64,000 bases of DNA from Nitrospirota bacterium (GTDB lineage Bacteria; Nitrospirota; Thermodesulfovibrionia; Thermodesulfovibrionales; UBA9159), in NCBI GenBank assembly GCA_963699545.1, contig CAVOUE010000005.1, positions 416,001 to 480,000 of the forward strand, read 5' to 3'. Position numbers and translations under genes: made by a program. Positions 59,488-64,000 of the stretch are shown here, one piece after another (the stretch's first letter is position 1; each line of letters begins with the position of its first letter). The notes under the pieces are model-generated. The model was not told where the DNA came from. It searched no databases and saw nothing but the letters and a program-made list of their open reading frames with translations.

Positions 59488-59781
59488 TCAAGGCAGCTTC
59501 TTGACAGCCGCCGCGAATTCCTCCTTTGTGAACGCCCTGAGTGTGACTGTCTTTACATTTCCAACTGCTCCAATGCTAAGCAATTGCAGTAAACCAGCTT
59601 CGTCACTTGGAACGTCTGCGATCGCCACATAATCGTATTGACCCAGTACCGTATAGAAGTCAATCATCTTTCCACCTGCAGCTTCCAGTGCCTTGGCAGC
59701 TTCTTGGATTCGTGTTGGTCCTTCTTTGATATTCTTGGCGCCCTGTTCCGTTAAGTTCATCAGAATTATGTATCTCGGCAT
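59488..59781 (-). CDS. GYD domain protein
   Basis: MPRYI.L..LTEQG..GG..FY..LGQYD..G.VKT.TL. Confidence 0.88.
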   Translation of the reverse strand: MPRYIILMNLTEQGAKNIKEGPTRIQEAAKALEAAGGKMIDFYTVLGQYDYVAIADVPSDEAGLLQLLSIGAVGNVKTVTLRAFTKEEFAAAVKKLP

Positions 59782-59848
59782 AATCTCACCTCCTTGTTCT
59801 GTGCCCGCAATTCACCGAAAAAAACCTACCTCATCAAAAGGTTCGTCC

Positions 59849-59925
59849 TTCGGCAACTCGGCCGTCTCTCTCTGTAGACCCGCCGCTTTCCGCCCCTTCC
59901 TCGCGAAAGGTTTGGCTTTATCGGG
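59849..59925 (-). ncRNA. c-di-GMP-I (GEMM-I) riboswitch upstream of the GYD gene
   Basis: Minus strand CGATAAAGCCAAACC-TTTC-GCGA-GGAA-GGGGCGGAAAGC..GGGTCT..AGACGGCCGAGTTGCCGAA; followed by a weak hairpin and T7. Confidence 0.85.
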
Positions 59926-60772
59926 AACCTTTCCCTCTTAATTACCTTTTATCATAAAAAATGCGTCTGTCAAGTTGTCATTCTAGGGTTCTAAGATCAA
60001 TATCATAAGGCTACTTGCCCAATTGATTCCATTTGAAATAGGTACTCGCAATTTGGAGGTCTAAGGTTTTTGGTTCAGGAAGGACACTTGCGTATAGCCC
60101 TTCTTTCATTCACGTTGCGTCTTTCGCCCCATACAGAGAAGTTACTTTCGTGTCTCAGGCAGCCATCACAACCAGAAGCAGGCCCATCATGCTGCTTTCT
60201 GTCCCCCTCACGAAGGGTTAGACTTCTCTCCTTTCGCGCGTCAGCGTTGTCATCTCTGCCATGAGGACATCGACAGACCTCTTGATCGACGTCGGATGCT
60301 TTAGTTGCTCCATCAGAGCCCGGAGACTTTATTCTTTTGGGGTTATCACACCTTTCAGGCGTACAATCGGGTGTTTTCCCGTGCCGGACGATAATTTATT
60401 TGAATATATTGAAGCCTTTTCGAAGAGGCTGACCGTGGCACAGAACCTGCTAGCTCATCTGCATATTTCTGATGGCAAGGAGGTCAGATGGGAAAGTGCG
60501 CAGACTGTATCTTCTTTCTTCCTCATAAGTGCAATGGTTTCAATTGCGGTTATCTTTATAAGAGAGTGGGTGAAAGGGACAGGTGCTGCTGTTATTTCAG
60601 ATCTGTCGATACGTCAGCGAATACCGGGTAGTATTGAATTCCCTTGCCCGACCGGTCACAGGTATGCCTTCAGCCTTCCGGTGTTGACCACGGCATCCCC
60701 TTCGTTGCATAATTATCCTTGTGGAGTCTGTGTGTCCCAACTGTCCATACGGTACATTAGCGGGAGGGTGAT

Positions 60773-61081
60773 ATGAGAACATTCATGGTGGTCGTTTTGT
60801 CATTTGCCATGTCTCTGCTCTTCTGTCCGCCGTCACTTGCCCTTGAGTGCTACACGGACCTGGATTGTACCATGGGCAACCGGTGCGTGAAGCAGGAATA
60901 TGAAGAGAAAGGCACCTGCCGTGAAGGCAGCCGGCAATTGAACCCAGGCCAGAACTATAGGCCGGATCCTGAGAGGCCTCAAGGGGACACAAAGGGCAAG
61001 ATGTGCTGGAGCAACAAGGACTGTGAGTCCGGATTGGAATGTATCATGAAATCGGGGCAGATGTACGGGATCTGCCGGTAA
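60773..61081 (+). CDS. Small exported protein with two 4-Cys repeats
   Basis: Signal peptide; CYTDLDCTMGNRC..GTC and CWSNKDCESGLEC..GIC. Confidence 0.75.
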   Translation: MRTFMVVVLSFAMSLLFCPPSLALECYTDLDCTMGNRCVKQEYEEKGTCREGSRQLNPGQNYRPDPERPQGDTKGKMCWSNKDCESGLECIMKSGQMYGICR

Positions 61082-61097
61082 TGCTCAGGATACCTTC

Positions 61098-62219
61098 ATG
61101 GACACCATCGAAAAGCTGAAGGTACTGTCCGAAGATTCGCAGTATGACCTGGCCTGCGCATGCGGCACAAGGAACGACGACCGGCGCAAGCGGGGGCTGG
61201 ACGGCAGATGGCTCTATCCGGTCGCCCTGCCCAGGGGCGGATACTCCGTCCTTCTGAAGACGCTGCTTTCAAACTCCTGCTCGAACGACTGCAAATACTG
61301 CCCCCTTCGTTCAGATACGGACACGAGGCGATGCACCCTTCAGCCGGAAGAAGTCGCACGGGTCTTTATGGATTATCACAGAAGGAAAAAGGTCTTCGGC
61401 CTTTTCCTGAGTTCCTCCGTGATACAGAACGCCGACCACACCATGGACAAGATCAATACGGTTGCCCGCCTCCTCAGGACCAGGCACGATTTCAGGGGGT
61501 ATATACACCTGAAGGTCATTCCGGGAGCTTCGGATGCAGCCGTCGAGGACGCCCTCTCCCTTGCAAGCGCCGTGTCACTGAACATCGAGACGCCGGGGAA
61601 GAAACATTTTTCTCTGCTCTCGAACAAAAAGGACTTCGACAGGGACATCCTCCGTCCCCTCAGGCTGATGGGCAGGCTCACCGGGAAGGGCATGAGGTTT
61701 TCGGGGGTAAAATGCACGACTCAGTTCGTCGTGGGAGCCTCTGACGAGACGGATTCAGAGATCACGGAAACTATGTTCGGTCTTTACAGGCGCATGAACT
61801 TCAAACGCGTTTATTTTTCTGCTTACCAGAAAGGGCTCGGGCATCCCGACATCCCCGGTGAAAAGAAGTTCCTCCGAAACGCGGGGGAGGCCTTTCTGCG
61901 TGAGCACCGTTTATACCAGGTTGATTTTCTCATCCGCAGATACGGTTTTGACAAAGAGGACATCATCTTCGGCAACGACAACAATCTGAGCCTGGACAGG
62001 GACCCAAAAGAAGTCTGGGCTGAGCGCCATCCGGAGTGGTATCCGGTCAGGCTCAATACATCCGAGAGGGACGTGCTCTTGAAAGTGCCGGGTCTGGGCC
62101 CGGAGACCGCAGCAAGGATACTGAAGATGCGGCGGGAGAAAAGGATCTCCCGCCTGGAGGATTTGGGACTGAAGGGGAAAAGACTCGACAAGATCAGAGA
62201 CTACGTGATCTTCGAGTGA
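61098..62219 (+). CDS. Radical SAM protein with C-terminal HhH (putative DNA modification/repair family, TIGR03916-like)
   Basis: YDLACAC, LKTLLSNSCSNDCKYC, GLFLSS, REHRLYQ.DFL.R.YGF, VPGLG. Confidence 0.88.
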   Translation: MDTIEKLKVLSEDSQYDLACACGTRNDDRRKRGLDGRWLYPVALPRGGYSVLLKTLLSNSCSNDCKYCPLRSDTDTRRCTLQPEEVARVFMDYHRRKKVFGLFLSSSVIQNADHTMDKINTVARLLRTRHDFRGYIHLKVIPGASDAAVEDALSLASAVSLNIETPGKKHFSLLSNKKDFDRDILRPLRLMGRLTGKGMRFSGVKCTTQFVVGASDETDSEITETMFGLYRRMNFKRVYFSAYQKGLGHPDIPGEKKFLRNAGEAFLREHRLYQVDFLIRRYGFDKEDIIFGNDNNLSLDRDPKEVWAERHPEWYPVRLNTSERDVLLKVPGLGPETAARILKMRREKRISRLEDLGLKGKRLDKIRDYVIFE

Positions 62220-62284
62220 GTGCCCTCCGCTCTTTTCCTGCATGAAACGCCGGCCCCGGCTGATCAGGCCCTCGACGCGTTTCT

Positions 62285-63046
62285 TTATCTCTTGCCCGGT
62301 TTCGTTTTTTTTCGGGAAACAGCCTTCTTTCTCGCCAGAGGTTTTGTCGGTACCGCCTTCTTTTTCACGCCCGTCTTCTTTGCGACCGCCGCGCGCGGAG
62401 CGGACTTCGTCCCTTTTCCTCGGGCGGTTTTTCCTGTCGTTTTCTTCACCGCCTTTTTCAAGGCCTTCCCGGCTGCCGTCTTTGCCTTTCCGGTCTTTTC
62501 CTTTTTCTTCTTCACGGCGCCCTTCCCGCTTTCCGTCTTCTTCCGGACAGGAGGCCTGACCGCCTTCTTTGGCGTCTTCTTTCCTGTTGCCTTTTTCTTC
62601 CCGGAGGCCTTGGAGCTGACAGCAGCTCCGCTCCTGGGCTCTTCAAATACCGCGGACTTCCCTGAGGTTCTTTCGGGGATGAGGGGCGGCCGTTCCTTCC
62701 CTACTGAAACAGGATGGGATTCCTTCCGGACAAGATGCCCGCCTCCTTCATATATGCCGAGGATATCTTCTTCCCTGACAAGGGTGACCTTCCTGCCCTC
62801 AACTTCCACGTCCTTTGCCATAAAGTCGGTGAACACAACCCGCTCCCCGGGTTTAACAACGGTCGGAACGAATTTTCCCTTCTTCCTTTCGCCCTGGGCG
62901 CTGTATTTCCCGGGACCGATGGCCTCGACAACGCCATCCGCAGGTTTCTCCCTTGCCATAACAGGAATGATGATTCCTCCGGCGGTCTTTTCTTCTGAGT
63001 CGACTCTGTTGATCACTGCCCAATCATGAAGCGGTCGTATCTTCAT
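62285..63046 (-). CDS. GroES/Cpn10 domain fused to a Lys-rich low-complexity tail
   Basis: IRPLHD..EEKTAGGIIIP..GVVEAIGPG..VREEDILG followed by about 150 aa K/A/G-rich tail; AGGAGG RBS. Confidence 0.85.
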   Translation of the reverse strand: MKIRPLHDWAVINRVDSEEKTAGGIIIPVMAREKPADGVVEAIGPGKYSAQGERKKGKFVPTVVKPGERVVFTDFMAKDVEVEGRKVTLVREEDILGIYEGGGHLVRKESHPVSVGKERPPLIPERTSGKSAVFEEPRSGAAVSSKASGKKKATGKKTPKKAVRPPVRKKTESGKGAVKKKKEKTGKAKTAAGKALKKAVKKTTGKTARGKGTKSAPRAAVAKKTGVKKKAVPTKPLARKKAVSRKKTKPGKR

Positions 63047-63247
63047 CTCTGATGCCCTCCTGAACAAAGTATACCGTATGAGTAATTATACTGCATCCCG
63101 GACCGGGGGGAAAGGTTCCCCGGGAAAGGACAGGCAGCCTGCAAAGAATCGAACGCAAGTAACGATCTGGGATGTGTGCGTTCAGGATTGTCAGAAAGGA
63201 CGGGGACGTAACGAGCACATTCTCTGGAGAAAAATCCGCTTCCGGGA

Positions 63248-64000
63248 TTATTTGGCTTTTGCTTTCCTTTGATTGGCAGGCTGGACCCGCACCCGTCTGC
63301 CGTGAAGCATCATATCGTTGAGGGAGCTGATGACCCTGTCAGCAAGGTTGGCGGGCACTTCCACGAAACTGAAGGCATCAAAGATAGCGATATTGCCGAT
63401 TTTCTTGCCCGGGATATTGGTTCCTTCCGAGATGGACCTTACAAGGTCGCCCACTTTTATTTTGTCCTTTTTGCCGATGGTAAGAAAGAGCCTTACCGTT
63501 CCCGTACCGGAAGAGAGGCCTGCCCTCCCCCGTTCTTCGATATCAGCCACTTCCAGGTCCCCCGCTATGAGACTGAGGGCAGCTGCAGCAACGTCCTGAG
63601 GTGAATACCGTTGGAAAAGTTCACCGGCCAGGGAGAGGTGACCGCTATGGTTCCCGGCTGCGATTATGCCCTCGATGTCGTCAATGAGTTCCTTTTCCCT
63701 CGCCTTCTTCACCTCTTCTTTTGTGGGTAACTTTGCCTTGCTTATGACGGTCTTTGCAGACCTCTCGATCAGCCTCAGCTGGTTGTATTCCCGGGGGGTC
63801 ACAAAGGTTATGGCGATGCCTGATTTCCCTGCCCTCCCGGTCCTGCCTATCCTGTGGATATAACCGTCGGGGTTCTGGGGAATGCTGTAGTTGATAACGT
63901 GCGTCACGTCGGGGATATCCAGCCCCCTTGCTGCCACATCGGTAGCCACAAGGATATCGATCTCCCCGCTCTTGAACTTATCCATCATCTCATCCCTGAA
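63248..64000 (-). CDS. DEAD-box RNA helicase with DbpA-type RNA-binding domain (5' partial)
   Basis: [25 protein letters not shown]-terminal [16 protein letters not shown]. Confidence 0.93.
   Translation of the reverse strand, partial: FRDEMMDKFKSGEIDILVATDVAARGLDIPDVTHVINYSIPQNPDGYIHRIGRTGRAGKSGIAITFVTPREYNQLRLIERSAKTVISKAKLPTKEEVKKAREKELIDDIEGIIAAGNHSGHLSLAGELFQRYSPQDVAAAALSLIAGDLEVADIEERGRAGLSSGTGTVRLFLTIGKKDKIKVGDLVRSISEGTNIPGKKIGNIAIFDAFSFVEVPANLADRVISSLNDMMLHGRRVRVQPANQRKAKAK

Noticed and set aside
60060-60770. ORFs 60070-60264 and 60261-60776
   Set aside because: No motifs, convincing RBS or coherent composition; probably degraded or non-coding DNA.
62220-63029. 269-aa Phe-rich plus-strand ORF
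   Set aside because: Antisense shadow of the Lys-rich GroES tail (AAA/AAG read as TTT/CTT).

Overview
Bacterial chromosomal window. Gene content and order suggest an anaerobic Nitrospirota (Thermodesulfovibrionia-like) or deltaproteobacterium-like genome; this is inference only. The backbone is core genes: an AddAB-like helicase/nuclease pair, thrS-infC-rpmI-rplT-pheS-pheT, ask-cimA-ilvC-psd-pssA-leuA, hom...thrC-apgM, PBP1A, ftsY, a GH3 hydrolase, csp, tRNA-Val/tRNA-Asp and a DEAD-box helicase. Five accessory modules are embedded in it. (i) A fluoride-riboswitch operon (cation:proton antiporter + HAD) sits between psd and pssA and is followed by a diverged relic of the antiporter 3' end. (ii) A sulfur-relay cluster (TusA, MoeB, JAMM protease, second ThrC-like enzyme, MoaD/ThiS carrier ending GG-CH, NIL protein) sits between hom and thrC. 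(iii) An AT-rich defence island upstream of ftsY holds an RM pair followed by toxin-antitoxin cassettes; each cassette lies downstream of a copy of a 16-20 bp repeat encoding the EIEIV(E/A)G C-terminus typical of type IIG/IIL RM enzymes, and a RAYT transposase follows. (iv) A heme-c sensor kinase and sigma54 activator precede a periplasmic rhodanese / small exported protein / PSE transporter operon. (v) An accessory region after tRNA-Asp carries an IS3, a Met-rich IPTL-CTERM protein, a Tat-exported vanadium haloperoxidase and a c-di-GMP-I riboswitch. Non-coding signals read directly from the sequence include a leaderless Tyr/Phe-rich leader peptide with a terminator ahead of aroF, non-canonical starts for infC (ATA) and probably thrS (ATC), and two palindromic elements inserted in frame in the GH3 gene. 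Several +1 frameshifts (addB-like, leuA, JAMM) are probably sequencing errors. No CRISPR array or rRNA was seen.
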